From Escherichia coli (GTDB taxonomy: Bacteria; Pseudomonadota; Gammaproteobacteria; Enterobacterales; Enterobacteriaceae), in assembly GCF_002854065.1 (NCBI RefSeq), contig NZ_CP024147.1: a DNA stretch of 64,000 bases; one strand, written 5' to 3'. Both the position numbers and the translations under genes were made by a program. Below, piece after piece: positions 46,897-61,521 of the stretch. Position 1 is the stretch's first letter. Each line of letters starts with the position of its first letter. A model generated the notes under the pieces. It saw nothing but the letters and a program-made list of their open reading frames with translations, had not been told where the DNA came from and did no database searches.

Positions 46897-47177
46897 ATCC
46901 TCTGGGGTATCACTACCGTAATTTGAACCGGCAAGATAATGCCGAAGTTCTGTAAATAAGTAAAGATTTGCGCGCTAAATCGCAACAAACAGGTTCGGCA
47001 CATTACTCCGAAAACACACGGCTAAGCCGCACCAAAAGCGCAACGTATAAGGGAGCGGTGAGATAAACGATGGGCGTTACCTGACGCGAAAAATTCCTTA
47101 TCGGCAGCGGGGTAATGAGCGTAACCAACTCTGCGACCGCAATTATAACACTCTGGGGAGAAATGTGCCGAAAACAT

Positions 47178-47882
47178 TCATTCTTGTGGTGAAAACAAGC
47201 ATCGTGGTACCCAGAAATTATTCGGCAATCGTCCGAGGCGCATTTGATTGAGATAATTAAGGTAATCCCGGCGGGGAATTTCGCAGGCACCAAGCGATGC
47301 TGTGTGATCGTTAAGGACCTGGCAGTCGATAAGCTTACCGCCATGACCGATAAATTCCTCACAGAATACCAGAAGCGCCGTTTTAGACGCATTTTCCATC
47401 CGGCTGAACATGGACTCGCCACAAAATAGCGTTCCCTGGGCCACGCCGTACATACCGCCGACAAGCTCATCTTCACGCCAGACTTCAATGGAGTGGGCAT
47501 GACCGAGTTCGTGAATGCGATGGTAGGCTTCGACCACGCCACGCGTGATCCAGGTTCCTTCTTCGCGATCGCTGGCACAGCCTTCAATGACCTGACCAAA
47601 AGCGTAATTCATCGTGACACGATAGGGCGAGCGTTTATGAAATCGCTTCATACTACGGCTGATATGCAGTGATTCTGGCCATAGCACCGCGCGAGGATCG
47701 GGCGACCACCAGAGGATGGGGTCGCCTGGAGAAAACCACGGAAAAATACCACGCTGGTAAGCCATTAACAGGCGCGCAGGGCTAAGATCGCCCCCAAGTG
47801 CCAGCAGGCCGTTAGGCTCACGTAATGCGCCTTCCGGGGAAGGGAAGGCTATTGAATGGCGAGAAAGCTGAACCAGGCGCAT
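47178..47882 (-). CDS. aat: Leucyl/phenylalanyl-tRNA-protein transferase (234 aa)
   Basis: Recalled Aat sequence; synteny between infA and cydC. Confidence 0.9.
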   Translation of the reverse strand: MRLVQLSRHSIAFPSPEGALREPNGLLALGGDLSPARLLMAYQRGIFPWFSPGDPILWWSPDPRAVLWPESLHISRSMKRFHKRSPYRVTMNYAFGQVIEGCASDREEGTWITRGVVEAYHRIHELGHAHSIEVWREDELVGGMYGVAQGTLFCGESMFSRMENASKTALLVFCEEFIGHGGKLIDCQVLNDHTASLGACEIPRRDYLNYLNQMRLGRLPNNFWVPRCLFSPQE

Positions 47883-47923
47883 GACCGCAAAACTCCACGC
47901 AAGTCGGATCGTTCAATAATAGC

Positions 47924-49645
47924 TTACAAACCCTGCTTGAACTGGTAATAACGCCCCTGTCTGGCAAGCAGTTCTGCGTGAGTACCTTGCTCAATAATTT
48001 GCCCGTTGTCCATCACTATTATTTGCTGGAAACGAGAGAGTCCGCGAAGTCGATGGGTGACCATTAACACCGTTTTCTCATGCATCATTTCTGCAAGCAA
48101 TTCAAGGATCTGACTTTCGGTTGTGGCATCTAAGCCTTCTGTAGGTTCATCCAGCAACACCAGTGGCGCATCATGTAACAGCGCACGGGCGATAGCCAGG
48201 CGGCGCAGTTCACCACCGGAGAGCTGGCGTCCGCCTTCACCTAACCAACTGTTGAGACCTGCATCCTCGAGCAGCTTCTCCAGACCAACGCGACGCAAGA
48301 TCTCCGACAGAGTCTCATCACTACTGCCAGGCGAGGCGAGTAACAGATTATCACGCAGCGTGGCGCTAAACAGATGCACTCGCTGAGGAACAACGCTGAT
48401 GGTCTGTCGTAGAGCCGCTTCATTCAGGCTTGCTATGGGGCTATCGTTAAGCAAAATCTCGCCCTGTTGCGGGTCCCATGCGCGGGTCAGCAGTTGTAAC
48501 AGTGTTGATTTGCCGCATCCGGTTCGCCCGAGAATCGCTATATGTTCCCCGGCGTTTACCTGAAGAGAAATCCCTTTAAGTGCCTGTTGAGATTGCTCCG
48601 GATAAGTGAACTGAACATCCCGTAACGTCAGCGAAACGCGATCGGCAACACGAGTTTGGGTATCAGGGAAGGTGACCTCCGGTTTTTGATCCGTTAAATC
48701 AGTGATCCGAACGGCAGAGGCAATGACTTGCCCCAGATGCTGAAATGCACCCGTTACTGGTGCCAGTGCTTCAAACGCGGCTAACGCGCAAAAGACAAAC
48801 AGGGCAATTAACGCGCCGGGTTGAGCATTGCCGCCAACGCCGCCAGACGCCATCCACAGCATCAGGATCACCGCTAACGCGCCAATGAGCAGCATTATCG
48901 CTTGCGACAATGCGGTCAGTTCAGATTGACGGCGTTGCGCTTCCAGCCATTGAATTTCTGTATTCTCTAGTTGCGTGCGATAACGATCGCTGGCACCAAA
49001 AATGGTCAGCTCAGCTTGCCCTTGCAGCCAGGCCGTCAGTTGTTGGCGATACTGTCCGCGAAGATGAGTCAGATTTTGCCCGGTGCTTTTTCCCGCACGA
49101 TAAAACAGCGGTGGCATCAGGAAAAGCGTCAGTAACATAATGCCGCCCAGCGTAAAGGCGAGGGTGAAATCAAGGAAACTTAACCCGATTGTCACCACCA
49201 TAATCACCACAAAAGCGCCCACCAGCGGCGAGATAACGCGCAGGTAAAGATGATCGAGCGTATCAACATCCGCCACCACGCGGTTGAGCAATTCGCCCTG
49301 ACGATAGCGCGCCAGTCCGGCAGGGGAGAGGGGCAACAATTTGCTGAAGGTGTAAATGCGCAGATGCTGCAACACGCGGAAAGTCGCGTCGTGACTTACC
49401 AGACGTTCAAAATAACGCCCGGCAGTACGGGTGATTGCGGCACCACGCACGCCCGCAGCGGGTAGCATATAGTTGAAGCTGTACAGTCCGGCAACCCCCG
49501 CAACCGCTGAGGCCGAGAGGAACCAGCCGGAAAGTGTCAACAGACCGATACTGGCGAGCAGCGTCGCAATTGCCAGCACAATACCAAGACTTAACATCCA
49601 TTTATGACGTTTATACAGTGCCAGATAGGGTAGCAAAGCGCGCAT
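47924..49645 (-). CDS. cydC: ABC transporter CydC, glutathione/cysteine exporter subunit (573 aa)
   Basis: Membrane domain plus ABC ATPase (GRTGCGKST, LSGGE); paired with cydD. Confidence 0.95.
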   Translation of the reverse strand: MRALLPYLALYKRHKWMLSLGIVLAIATLLASIGLLTLSGWFLSASAVAGVAGLYSFNYMLPAAGVRGAAITRTAGRYFERLVSHDATFRVLQHLRIYTFSKLLPLSPAGLARYRQGELLNRVVADVDTLDHLYLRVISPLVGAFVVIMVVTIGLSFLDFTLAFTLGGIMLLTLFLMPPLFYRAGKSTGQNLTHLRGQYRQQLTAWLQGQAELTIFGASDRYRTQLENTEIQWLEAQRRQSELTALSQAIMLLIGALAVILMLWMASGGVGGNAQPGALIALFVFCALAAFEALAPVTGAFQHLGQVIASAVRITDLTDQKPEVTFPDTQTRVADRVSLTLRDVQFTYPEQSQQALKGISLQVNAGEHIAILGRTGCGKSTLLQLLTRAWDPQQGEILLNDSPIASLNEAALRQTISVVPQRVHLFSATLRDNLLLASPGSSDETLSEILRRVGLEKLLEDAGLNSWLGEGGRQLSGGELRRLAIARALLHDAPLVLLDEPTEGLDATTESQILELLAEMMHEKTVLMVTHRLRGLSRFQQIIVMDNGQIIEQGTHAELLARQGRYYQFKQGL

Positions 49646-51412
49646 TTAAATCTCCTCCTGACGATGGGCCAGTAATGTGGCGAATGGGCCACCAGCCACA
49701 CTTAATTCCGCGTAACGTCCTTGCTCAATAATCCGGCCATCCTGCATAACCCAAATGACATCCCAGTCAGCAAGATCTTCTAACTGGTGGGTGACCATTA
49801 ACGTTGTCTGGCGCAGAGAGGCGGCATTCAGCGCCTCCATTACGCGCTGTTCACTGTGAGCATCAAGGCTGGCAGCGGGTTCATCCAACAGTAATAGCGA
49901 ACAGGGATTTAGTAACGCACGGGCCACCGCCACGCGCTGCGCCTGCCCCACGGAAAGGCGGGCAGCCTGGTCGCCAACAGGCGTATCAACGCCTTGTGGC
50001 AGGAGCGGTAGAAACTCGCTGACCCAGGCGTTATCCAGCGCTGCTTGTAATTCTTGTTCGCTGGCATCAGGTCGCGCCAGTAGTACGTTATCCCGTAATG
50101 CTGCTGCCGGTAATTGTGGGTTTTGCCCAACCCAGGAGAGATGTTTACGCCATGATTCTGGTGATAAATCGCGTAATTCTATCCCGTTGATTCGTAATGA
50201 TCCCTGATATGAGAGAAAACCAGAAAGCGCGTTCAGCAGTGAGCTTTTACCTGAACCGCTGCGACCAACCAACACTGCACGTTGGCCTGCTGGCAAAGTA
50301 AAGTTCAGCGGTCCGGCCAGCGTTTTACCTTCCGGCGACGTGATAAACAGATCCTCGGCCTCAATGGTCACCGGATCGGTCGATGCTAATTCCGCCTCAC
50401 CGCGCTGCGGATGGGCGAGCGGGGTTTCCATAAACGTTTTCAGACTGTCAGCTGCACCAACAGCCTGGGCTTTAGCATGATAAAACGTACCGAGATCGCG
50501 CAATGGCTGGAAAAACTCTGGCGCAAGGATCAGGGCCAGAAAACCCGCAGCCAGCGTCACACCGGTATCGTAGTGACCAAAATCCAGCTCGCCGAGATAG
50601 GAAAAACCAAAGTAGACCGCCACCAGAGCAATTGACAGCGAGGTAAAAAATTCGAGAATGCCGGAGGATAAAAACGCCAGCCGTAGCACTTCCATTGTCC
50701 GTTGGCGGAAATCTTCCGAAGCAGAACGAATACTTTCAATTTCAGCTTCACCACGACCAAAAATACGCAATGTTTCCATGCCGCGCAGGCGATCGAGGAA
50801 ATGCCCACTTAAGCGAGCAAGAGCGAGAAAGTTACGTCGGTTAGCATCGGCAGCCCCCATCCCAACCAGCGCCATAAACAACGGAATTAACGGTGCAGTG
50901 CCCAGCAGAATGAGCGCCGCAGCCCAGTTAGAGGGGAAGATCGCCACCACAATCAGCAACGGCACCGACACTGCCAGCGCCATTTGCGGCAGGTAGCGTG
51001 CATAGTAATCATGCATATCGTCAATTTGCTCGAGTACCAGCGTCGCCCAGCTCCCCGCAGGTTTACCCTGAATCCACGCTGGCCCTGCTTGTTGCAGACG
51101 GTCGAGAACCTGACGGCGGATGGCAAAGCGGATATGCTGCCCGGCGTGATAACCCACCCGTTCGCGTAACCAGACCACCCATGCGCGCAGTACAAAGGTC
51201 AGAACCAGTAACGTAAAGGGAAGCAGCAGGGCTTCACGGGGAATATTCTCCATAATCATATGTTGCAGAATTCGCGCCATGAACCATGCCTGGGCAATGA
51301 TCAATATGCCGCTCACAAAGCCCAGCAGACGAGAAATATTCAGCCAACGTTGGGAGATGACGCTTTGCTGTTTTAACCAGCGGGTTAACTCTTTTTGACG
51401 AGATTTATTCAT
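49646..51412 (-). CDS. cydD: ABC transporter CydD (588 aa)
   Basis: Membrane domain plus ABC ATPase (GRSGSGKSS); stop abuts the cydC start. Confidence 0.95.
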   Translation of the reverse strand: MNKSRQKELTRWLKQQSVISQRWLNISRLLGFVSGILIIAQAWFMARILQHMIMENIPREALLLPFTLLVLTFVLRAWVVWLRERVGYHAGQHIRFAIRRQVLDRLQQAGPAWIQGKPAGSWATLVLEQIDDMHDYYARYLPQMALAVSVPLLIVVAIFPSNWAAALILLGTAPLIPLFMALVGMGAADANRRNFLALARLSGHFLDRLRGMETLRIFGRGEAEIESIRSASEDFRQRTMEVLRLAFLSSGILEFFTSLSIALVAVYFGFSYLGELDFGHYDTGVTLAAGFLALILAPEFFQPLRDLGTFYHAKAQAVGAADSLKTFMETPLAHPQRGEAELASTDPVTIEAEDLFITSPEGKTLAGPLNFTLPAGQRAVLVGRSGSGKSSLLNALSGFLSYQGSLRINGIELRDLSPESWRKHLSWVGQNPQLPAAALRDNVLLARPDASEQELQAALDNAWVSEFLPLLPQGVDTPVGDQAARLSVGQAQRVAVARALLNPCSLLLLDEPAASLDAHSEQRVMEALNAASLRQTTLMVTHQLEDLADWDVIWVMQDGRIIEQGRYAELSVAGGPFATLLAHRQEEI

Positions 51413-51534
51413 TGCACGCTTAGCAGGTGAGTTATCAGAATTATTTGCAGAGCAATGTTACAACGGGGAAAAAATAAAGGCGACCCATAGTCGCATGGTG
51501 TCGCCTTCTTTACTTTTGTTACTGATTTGTAAAA

Positions 51535-52617
<1,083 letters not shown>

Positions 52618-53044
52618 TCAAATTCTCCCGTCATTATCACCTCTGCTACTTAAATTTCCCGCTTTATAAGCCGATTAAATGATGAATAAACGCCCCTGGT
52701 AATGAATATCTGGCATGTTGTACTAAAAATCGATGTTTTGCTTTGACAATCCCCTGGTGTTTTGCGAAAACATTCGAGGAAGAAAAAAAACAGTATTCTT
52801 ATATGCGCATAACCATGCATGTAAATACCATGTTTACCGTGCTAGTGAAATCTACGTATGGCGTGGACAGACGCCATTCGTGATGTCGATAGCTGCCACA
52901 AGGCAACGGTCTTCTCACCGTAGACCCAGGCATTGCGCGCCGTGAATCTTCATGATTTCGGTCTATCGTGACGGGTAGCGACTCTGAACAGTGATGTTTC
53001 AGGGTCAGACAGGAGTAGGGAAGGAATACAGAGAGACAATAATA

Positions 53045-53539
53045 ATGGTAGATAGCAAGAAGCGCCCTGGCAAAGATCTCGACCGTATCGATCGTAACAT
53101 TCTTAATGAGTTGCAAAAGGATGGGCGTATTTCTAACGTCGAGCTTTCTAAACGTGTGGGACTTTCCCCAACGCCGTGCCTTGAGCGTGTGCGTCGGCTG
53201 GAAAGACAAGGGTTTATTCAGGGCTATACGGCGCTGCTGAACCCCCATTATCTGGATGCATCACTTCTGGTATTCGTTGAGATTACTCTGAATCGTGGCG
53301 CACCGGATGTGTTTGAACAATTCAATACCGCTGTACAAAAACTTGAAGAAATTCAGGAGTGTCATTTAGTATCCGGTGATTTCGACTACCTGTTGAAAAC
53401 ACGCGTGCCGGATATGTCAGCTTACCGTAAGTTGCTGGGGGAAACCCTGCTGCGTCTGCCTGGCGTCAATGACACACGGACATACGTTGTTATGGAAGAA
53501 GTCAAGCAGAGTAATCGTCTGGTTATTAAGACGCGCTAA
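53045..53539 (+). CDS. lrp: Leucine-responsive regulatory protein Lrp (164 aa)
   Basis: MVDSKKRPGKDLDRIDRNILNELQKDGRISNVELSKRVGLSPTPC helix-turn-helix; ORF-track upstream extension rejected. Confidence 0.95.
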   Translation: MVDSKKRPGKDLDRIDRNILNELQKDGRISNVELSKRVGLSPTPCLERVRRLERQGFIQGYTALLNPHYLDASLLVFVEITLNRGAPDVFEQFNTAVQKLEEIQECHLVSGDFDYLLKTRVPDMSAYRKLLGETLLRLPGVNDTRTYVVMEEVKQSNRLVIKTR

Positions 53540-53673
53540 CACGGAACAGGTGCAAAATCGGCGTATTTTGATTACACTCCTGTTAATCCATACAGCAACA
53601 GTACTGGGGTAACCTGGTACTGTTGTCCGTTTTAGCATCGGGCAGGAAAAGCCTGTAACCTGGAGAGCCTTTC

Positions 53674-56600
53674 TTGAGCCAGGAATACACTGAAGACAAA
53701 GAAGTCACATTGACAAAGTTAAGTAGCGGCCGCCGCCTTCTGGAGGCGTTGCTGATCCTTATTGTCCTGTTTGCCGTCTGGTTGATGGCTGCCTTACTAA
53801 GCTTTAACCCTTCGGACCCCAGCTGGTCGCAAACGGCCTGGCATGAACCTATCCATAATTTAGGTGGGATGCCCGGTGCGTGGTTGGCAGATACGCTGTT
53901 CTTTATTTTTGGCGTGATGGCTTACACCATTCCCGTCATTATTGTCGGCGGTTGTTGGTTTGCCTGGCGTCATCAGTCCAGCGACGAATACATTGATTAT
54001 TTTGCCGTTTCGCTACGCATCATTGGCGTTTTGGCGCTCATCCTTACCTCCTGTGGTCTGGCGGCAATCAACGCTGACGATATCTGGTATTTTGCCTCCG
54101 GTGGCGTCATTGGCAGCTTACTAAGCACTACGCTACAACCACTGCTACACAGTAGCGGGGGAACTATTGCGCTGCTCTGCGTTTGGGCAGCGGGCCTGAC
54201 GTTGTTCACCGGTTGGTCATGGGTGACCATTGCTGAAAAACTCGGCGGCTGGATTTTAAACATTCTCACCTTCGCCAGTAATCGTACCCGTCGCGATGAT
54301 ACCTGGGTCGATGAAGATGAGTATGAAGACGACGAAGAGTATGAAGATGAAAATCACGGCAAACAGCATGAATCACGCCGTGCCCGTATTCTTCGCGGCG
54401 CGCTAGCGCGTCGTAAACGGTTGGCGGAAAAATTCATTAATCCGATGGGGCGGCAAACAGACGCTGCGTTGTTCTCCGGTAAGCGGATGGATGATGACGA
54501 AGAGATTACCTACACTGCACGCGGTGTGGCTGCCGACCCGGACGACGTCCTATTTTCGGGCAATCGTGCAACGCAGCCAGAATATGACGAATACGATCCA
54601 TTATTAAACGGTGCGCCAATTACCGAACCTGTCGCTGTAGCAGCTGCTGCTACCACGGCGACGCAAAGCTGGGCTGCACCGGTTGAACCTGTGACTCAGA
54701 CGCCACCTGTTGCCTCTGTTGATGTTCCACCTGCGCAACCTACAGTAGCCTGGCAGCCTGTACCGGGTCCACAAACGGGAGAGCCGGTTATTGCTCCTGC
54801 ACCGGAAGGTTACCCACAGCAGTCACAATATGCGCAGCCTGCAGTGCAATATAATGAGCCGCTGCAACAACCAGTACAGCCGCAGCAGCCGTATTATGCA
54901 CCTGCAGCTGAACAACCTGCGCAACAACCTTACTACGCTCCTGCGGCGGAACAACCTGTTCAGCAACCGTATTACGCAACTGCGCCGGAACAGCCTGCGC
55001 AACAGCCGTATTATGCCCCTGCGCCAGAACAACCGGTGGCAGGTAACGCCTGGCAAGCCGAAGAGCAGCAATCCACTTTTGCTCCACAGTCTACATACCA
55101 GACTGAGCAAACTTATCAGCAGCCAGCCGCTCAGGAGCCGTTGTACCAACAGCCGCAACCTGTTGAACAGCAGCCTGTTGTGGAGCCTGAACCCGTTGTA
55201 GAAGAGACAAAACCCGCGCGTCCGCCGCTTTACTACTTTGAAGAAGTGGAAGAGAAGCGAGCCCGTGAACGTGAACAACTTGCGGCCTGGTATCAACCGA
55301 TTCCAGAACCGGTTAAAGAACCAGAACCGATCAAATCTTCGCTGAAAGCACCTTCTGTTGCAGCAGTACCTCCAGTAGAAGCCGCTGCCGCTGTTTCTCC
55401 GCTGGCATCTGGCGTGAAAAAAGCGACACTGGCGACGGGGGCTGCCGCAACCGTTGCCGCGCCAGTCTTCAGTCTGGCAAATAGCGGTGGACCGCGTCCG
55501 CAGGTCAAAGAGGGGATTGGCCCGCAGTTGCCACGACCGAAACGTATCCGCGTGCCAACTCGTCGTGAATTGGCGTCTTACGGTATTAAACTGCCCTCAC
55601 AGCGTGCGGCGGAAGAAAAAGCCCGTGAAGCCCAGCGCAATCAGTACGATTCTGGCGATCAGTACAACGATGATGAAATCGATGCGATGCAGCAGGATGA
55701 ACTGGCACGTCAGTTCGCCCAGACACAGCAGCAACGCTATGGCGAACAGTATCAACATGATGTGCCCGTAAACGCAGAAGATGCAGATGCTGCGGCAGAG
55801 GCTGAACTGGCTCGTCAGTTTGCGCAAACTCAACAACAACGTTATTCCGGCGAACAACCGGCTGGGGCGAATCCGTTCTCGCTGGATGATTTTGAATTTT
55901 CGCCAATGAAAGCGTTGCTGGATGATGGTCCACACGAACCGTTGTTTACGCCAATTGTTGAACCTGTACAGCAGCCGCAACAACCGGTTGCACCGCAGCA
56001 GCAGTATCAGCAGCCACAACAGCCGGTTGCGCCACAGCAGCAATATCAGCAGCCGCAACAACCGGTTGCACCGCAGCAGCAATATCAGCAGCCGCAACAA
56101 CCGGTTGCACCGCAGCCGCAATATCAGCAGCCGCAACAGCCAGTTGCGCCGCAGCCGCAGTATCAGCAGCCACAACAATCGGCTGCACCACAGCAGCAAT
56201 ATCAGCAGCCGCAACAGCCAGTTGCGCCACAGCCGCAGGATACTCTGCTTCATCCGCTGTTGATGCGTAATGGCGACAGCCGTCCGTTGCATAAACCGAC
56301 GACGCCGCTGCCTTCTCTGGATTTGCTGACACCGCCGCCGAGCGAAGTGGAGCCGGTAGATACCTTTGCGCTTGAACAAATGGCTCGCCTGGTGGAAGCG
56401 CGTCTGGCTGATTTCCGTATTAAAGCCGATGTCGTCAATTACTCTCCGGGGCCGGTTATCACTCGCTTTGAACTTAACCTGGCACCGGGCGTAAAAGCGG
56501 CGCGCATTTCTAACTTGTCACGGGACCTTGCCCGTTCACTTTCGACGGTGGCGGTGCGTGTCGTTGAAGTTATTCCTGGCAAACCCTATGTAGGTCTGGA

Positions 56601-57780
56601 GTTACCGAATAAAAAACGACAAACCGTTTATCTGCGCGAAGTATTGGATAACGCCAAATTCCGCGATAATCCATCGCCATTAACCGTGGTGCTGGGTAAA
56701 GATATCGCCGGTGAGCCGGTGGTTGCCGATCTGGCGAAAATGCCGCACTTGTTGGTTGCGGGGACTACCGGTTCCGGTAAATCTGTCGGTGTGAACGCGA
56801 TGATCCTGAGCATGCTTTATAAAGCACAGCCAGAAGATGTGCGTTTCATCATGATCGACCCGAAAATGCTGGAGCTTTCGGTGTATGAAGGCATTCCGCA
56901 CCTGTTAACGGAAGTCGTTACTGATATGAAAGATGCCGCCAACGCGCTGCGCTGGTGTGTTAACGAGATGGAGCGTCGGTATAAACTGATGTCTGCGCTG
57001 GGTGTGCGTAATCTGGCGGGTTATAACGAAAAAATTGCTGAAGCCGATCGCATGATGCGTCCGATTCCAGACCCGTACTGGAAGCCGGGTGACAGTATGG
57101 ATGCCCAGCATCCGGTGCTGAAAAAAGAACCATACATTGTGGTGTTGGTTGACGAATTTGCCGACCTGATGATGACGGTAGGTAAAAAAGTGGAAGAGCT
57201 GATAGCACGTCTGGCGCAAAAAGCCCGTGCCGCGGGTATCCACCTCGTACTGGCAACTCAGCGTCCATCGGTTGATGTTATTACTGGTCTGATTAAAGCG
57301 AATATTCCGACCCGTATCGCCTTTACCGTATCCAGTAAGATTGACTCACGTACCATTCTTGATCAGGCTGGCGCGGAATCACTGCTGGGTATGGGGGATA
57401 TGCTCTACTCTGGGCCGAACTCCACGTTGCCGGTACGTGTCCATGGTGCTTTTGTTCGCGATCAGGAAGTTCATGCCGTGGTGCAGGACTGGAAAGCGCG
57501 TGGTCGCCCACAGTATGTTGATGGCATCACCTCCGACAGCGAAAGCGAAGGTGGTGCGGGTGGTTTCGATGGCGCTGAAGAACTGGATCCGTTGTTCGAT
57601 CAGGCGGTGCAGTTTGTCACTGAAAAACGCAAAGCGTCAATTTCTGGCGTACAGCGTCAGTTCCGCATTGGTTATAACCGTGCAGCGCGTATTATCGAAC
57701 AGATGGAAGCGCAGGGAATTGTCAGCGAACAGGGGCACAACGGTAATCGTGAAGTGCTGGCCCCACCGCCGTTTGACTAA
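53674..57780 (+). CDS. ftsK: DNA translocase FtsK (1368 aa), TTG start, long Pro/Gln-rich linker
   Basis: N-terminal membrane domain, linker repeats, C-terminal motor with Walker A GTTGSGKS and gamma domain; ggagag Shine-Dalgarno before the TTG. Confidence 0.95.
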   Translation: MSQEYTEDKEVTLTKLSSGRRLLEALLILIVLFAVWLMAALLSFNPSDPSWSQTAWHEPIHNLGGMPGAWLADTLFFIFGVMAYTIPVIIVGGCWFAWRHQSSDEYIDYFAVSLRIIGVLALILTSCGLAAINADDIWYFASGGVIGSLLSTTLQPLLHSSGGTIALLCVWAAGLTLFTGWSWVTIAEKLGGWILNILTFASNRTRRDDTWVDEDEYEDDEEYEDENHGKQHESRRARILRGALARRKRLAEKFINPMGRQTDAALFSGKRMDDDEEITYTARGVAADPDDVLFSGNRATQPEYDEYDPLLNGAPITEPVAVAAAATTATQSWAAPVEPVTQTPPVASVDVPPAQPTVAWQPVPGPQTGEPVIAPAPEGYPQQSQYAQPAVQYNEPLQQPVQPQQPYYAPAAEQPAQQPYYAPAAEQPVQQPYYATAPEQPAQQPYYAPAPEQPVAGNAWQAEEQQSTFAPQSTYQTEQTYQQPAAQEPLYQQPQPVEQQPVVEPEPVVEETKPARPPLYYFEEVEEKRAREREQLAAWYQPIPEPVKEPEPIKSSLKAPSVAAVPPVEAAAAVSPLASGVKKATLATGAAATVAAPVFSLANSGGPRPQVKEGIGPQLPRPKRIRVPTRRELASYGIKLPSQRAAEEKAREAQRNQYDSGDQYNDDEIDAMQQDELARQFAQTQQQRYGEQYQHDVPVNAEDADAAAEAELARQFAQTQQQRYSGEQPAGANPFSLDDFEFSPMKALLDDGPHEPLFTPIVEPVQQPQQPVAPQQQYQQPQQPVAPQQQYQQPQQPVAPQQQYQQPQQPVAPQPQYQQPQQPVAPQPQYQQPQQSAAPQQQYQQPQQPVAPQPQDTLLHPLLMRNGDSRPLHKPTTPLPSLDLLTPPPSEVEPVDTFALEQMARLVEARLADFRIKADVVNYSPGPVITRFELNLAPGVKAARISNLSRDLARSLSTVAVRVVEVIPGKPYVGLELPNKKRQTVYLREVLDNAKFRDNPSPLTVVLGKDIAGEPVVADLAKMPHLLVAGTTGSGKSVGVNAMILSMLYKAQPEDVRFIMIDPKMLELSVYEGIPHLLTEVVTDMKDAANALRWCVNEMERRYKLMSALGVRNLAGYNEKIAEADRMMRPIPDPYWKPGDSMDAQHPVLKKEPYIVVLVDEFADLMMTVGKKVEELIARLAQKARAAGIHLVLATQRPSVDVITGLIKANIPTRIAFTVSSKIDSRTILDQAGAESLLGMGDMLYSGPNSTLPVRVHGAFVRDQEVHAVVQDWKARGRPQYVDGITSDSESEGGAGGFDGAEELDPLFDQAVQFVTEKRKASISGVQRQFRIGYNRAARIIEQMEAQGIVSEQGHNGNREVLAPPPFD
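54884..55039 (+). repeat. Four tandem in-frame 39-bp repeats in the ftsK linker (13-aa unit [13 protein letters not shown])
   Basis: Directly visible tandem units 54884..54922, 54923..54961, 54962..55000, 55001..55039. Confidence 0.85.
55969..56239 (+). repeat. About 6.4 tandem in-frame 42-bp repeats in the ftsK linker (14-aa unit [14 protein letters not shown])
   Basis: Directly visible repeating cagcagccgcaacaaccggttgcaccgcagcagcaatat units with Q/P and one PV-to-SA variant. Confidence 0.85.
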
Positions 57781-57789
57781 TTAATGCAT

Positions 57790-57823
57790 TGCCGGATAAG
57801 GCGCGGTAGCGTCGCATCCGGCA
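57790..57823. repeat. REP element downstream of ftsK
   Basis: gccggataaggcg...cgtcgcatccggc palindromic unit. Confidence 0.6.
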
Positions 57824-57934
57824 CTCTATCAACTGAAAATTCAGTATTTTCTTCTTTCCTCAAGCTGATTATTAGCCTGGAATAGAGAGTAGAGGGAACT
57901 CCCGATCGGGAGTGACGTAATTTGAGGAATAATG

Positions 57935-58546
57935 ATGAAAAAAATTGCCATCACCTGTGCATTACTCTCAAGCTTAGTAGCAAGCAGCGTTTGGGCTGAT
58001 GCCGCAAGCGATCTGAAAAGCCGCCTGGATAAAGTCAGCAGCTTCCACGCCAGCTTCACACAAAAAGTGACTGACGGTAGCGGCGCGGCGGTGCAGGAAG
58101 GTCAGGGCGATCTGTGGGTGAAACGTCCAAACTTATTCAACTGGCATATGACACAACCTGATGAAAGCATTCTGGTTTCTGACGGTAAAACACTGTGGTT
58201 CTATAACCCGTTCGTTGAGCAAGCTACGGCAACCTGGCTGAAAGATGCCACCGGTAATACGCCGTTTATGCTGATTGCCCGCAACCAGTCCAGCGACTGG
58301 CAGCAGTACAATATCAAACAGAATGGCGATGACTTTGTCCTGACGCCGAAAGCCAGCAATGGCAATCTGAAGCAGTTCACCATTAACGTGGGACGTGATG
58401 GCACAATCCATCAGTTTAGCGCGGTGGAGCAGGACGATCAGCGCAGCAGTTATCAACTGAAATCCCAGCAAAATGGGGCTGTGGATGCAGCGAAATTTAC
58501 CTTCACCCCGCCGCAAGGCGTCACGGTAGATGATCAACGTAAGTAG
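57935..58546 (+). CDS. lolA: Outer-membrane lipoprotein carrier protein LolA
   Basis: Signal peptide [21 protein letters not shown]; recalled sequence. Confidence 0.9.
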
Positions 58547-58556
58547 AGGCACCTGA

Positions 58557-59900
58557 GTGAGCAATCTGTCGCTCGATTTTTCGGATAATACTTTTCAACC
58601 TCTGGCCGCGCGTATGCGGCCAGAAAATTTAGCACAGTATATCGGTCAGCAACATTTGCTGGCTGCGGGGAAGCCGTTGCCGCGCGCTATCGAAGCCGGG
58701 CATTTACATTCTATGATCCTCTGGGGGCCACCGGGTACCGGCAAAACAACCCTCGCTGAAGTGATTGCCCGCTATGCGAACGCTGATGTGGAACGTATTT
58801 CTGCCGTCACCTCTGGCGTGAAAGAGATTCGCGAGGCGATCGAGCGCGCCCGGCAAAACCGCAATGCAGGTCGCCGCACTATTCTTTTTGTTGACGAAGT
58901 TCACCGTTTCAACAAAAGCCAGCAGGATGCATTTCTGCCACATATTGAAGACGGCACCATCACTTTTATTGGCGCAACCACTGAAAACCCGTCGTTTGAG
59001 CTTAATTCGGCACTGCTTTCCCGTGCCCGTGTTTATCTGTTGAAATCCCTGAGTACAGAGGATATTGAGCAAGTACTAACTCAGGCGATGGAAGACAAAA
59101 CCCGTGGCTATGGTGGTCAGGATATTGTTCTGCCAGATGAAACACGACGTGCCATTGCAGAACTGGTGAATGGCGACGCGCGCCGGGCGTTAAATACGCT
59201 GGAAATGATGGCGGATATGGCCGAAGTCGATGATAGCGGTAAGCGGGTCCTGAAGCCTGAATTACTGACCGAAATCGCCGGTGAACGTAGCGCCCGCTTT
59301 GATAACAAAGGCGATCGCTTTTACGATCTGATTTCCGCACTGCATAAGTCGGTACGTGGTAGCGCACCCGATGCGGCGCTGTACTGGTATGCGCGAATTA
59401 TTACCGCTGGTGGCGATCCGTTATATGTCGCGCGTCGCTGTCTGGCGATTGCGTCTGAAGACGTCGGTAATGCCGATCCACGGGCGATGCAGGTGGCAAT
59501 TGCGGCCTGGGATTGCTTTACTCGCGTTGGCCCGGCGGAAGGTGAACGCGCCATTGCTCAGGCGATTGTTTACCTGGCCTGCGCGCCAAAAAGCAACGCT
59601 GTCTACACTGCGTTTAAAGCCGCGCTGGCCGATGCTCGCGAACGCCCGGATTATGACGTGCCGGTTCATTTGCGTAATGCGCCGACGAAATTAATGAAGG
59701 AAATGGGCTACGGGCAGGAATATCGTTACGCTCATGATGAAGCAAACGCTTATGCTGCCGGTGAGGTTTACTTCCCGCCGGAAATAGCACAAACACGCTA
59801 TTATTTCCCGACAAACAGGGGCCTTGAAGGCAAGATTGGCGAAAAGCTCGCCTGGCTGGCTGAACAGGATCAAAATAGCCCCATAAAACGCTACCGTTAA
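58557..59900 (+). CDS. rarA: Replication-associated recombination protein RarA/MgsA (447 aa), GTG start
   Basis: AAA+ Walker [10 protein letters not shown], Walker B FVDEVHR. Confidence 0.9.
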
Positions 59901-59969
59901 TGTTATCGTTGCGGTAATGTTGTTACTGTATCCCTGTGGTCGCAGGCTGTGGCCACATCTCCCATTTAA

Positions 59970-61283
<1,314 letters not shown>

Positions 61284-61307
61284 TACCCAATTTTTCTGAA
61301 TCTAAAA

Positions 61308-61329
61308 AGCGCCTGCGGGCGCTTTTTTT
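61308..61329 (+). terminator. serS intrinsic terminator
   Basis: Stem agcgcc / ggcgct with loop tgcg, followed by T7. Confidence 0.7.
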
Positions 61330-61521
61330 GTCTCCCTTTGATACCGAACAATAATTACTCCTCACTTACACGTAATACTACTTTCGAGTGAAAATCTACC
61401 TATCTCTTTGATTTTCAAATTATTCGATGTATACAAGCCTATATAGCGAACTGCTATAGAAATAATTACACAATACGGTTTGTTACTGGAATCAATCGTG
61501 AGCAAGCTTGAGTGAGCCATT

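Noticed and set aside
54884-56239. ftsK tandem repeats as a possible CRISPR array
   Set aside because: Units are directly adjacent with no spacers, have 39/42-bp periodicity, and sit in frame inside a conserved CDS.
55597-56379. Long antisense ORFs (260 aa, 128 aa and others) within the ftsK linker
   Set aside because: Artefacts of the in-frame Q/P-rich tandem repeats, which lack stops in several frames; ftsK on the plus strand fully accounts for the region.
61337-61421. FNR-like half-site pairs upstream of dmsA (ttgataccgaacaa, ttgattttcaaat)
   Set aside because: Only partial matches to TTGAT-N4-ATCAA, and I cannot place them relative to a transcription start; too weak to annotate.
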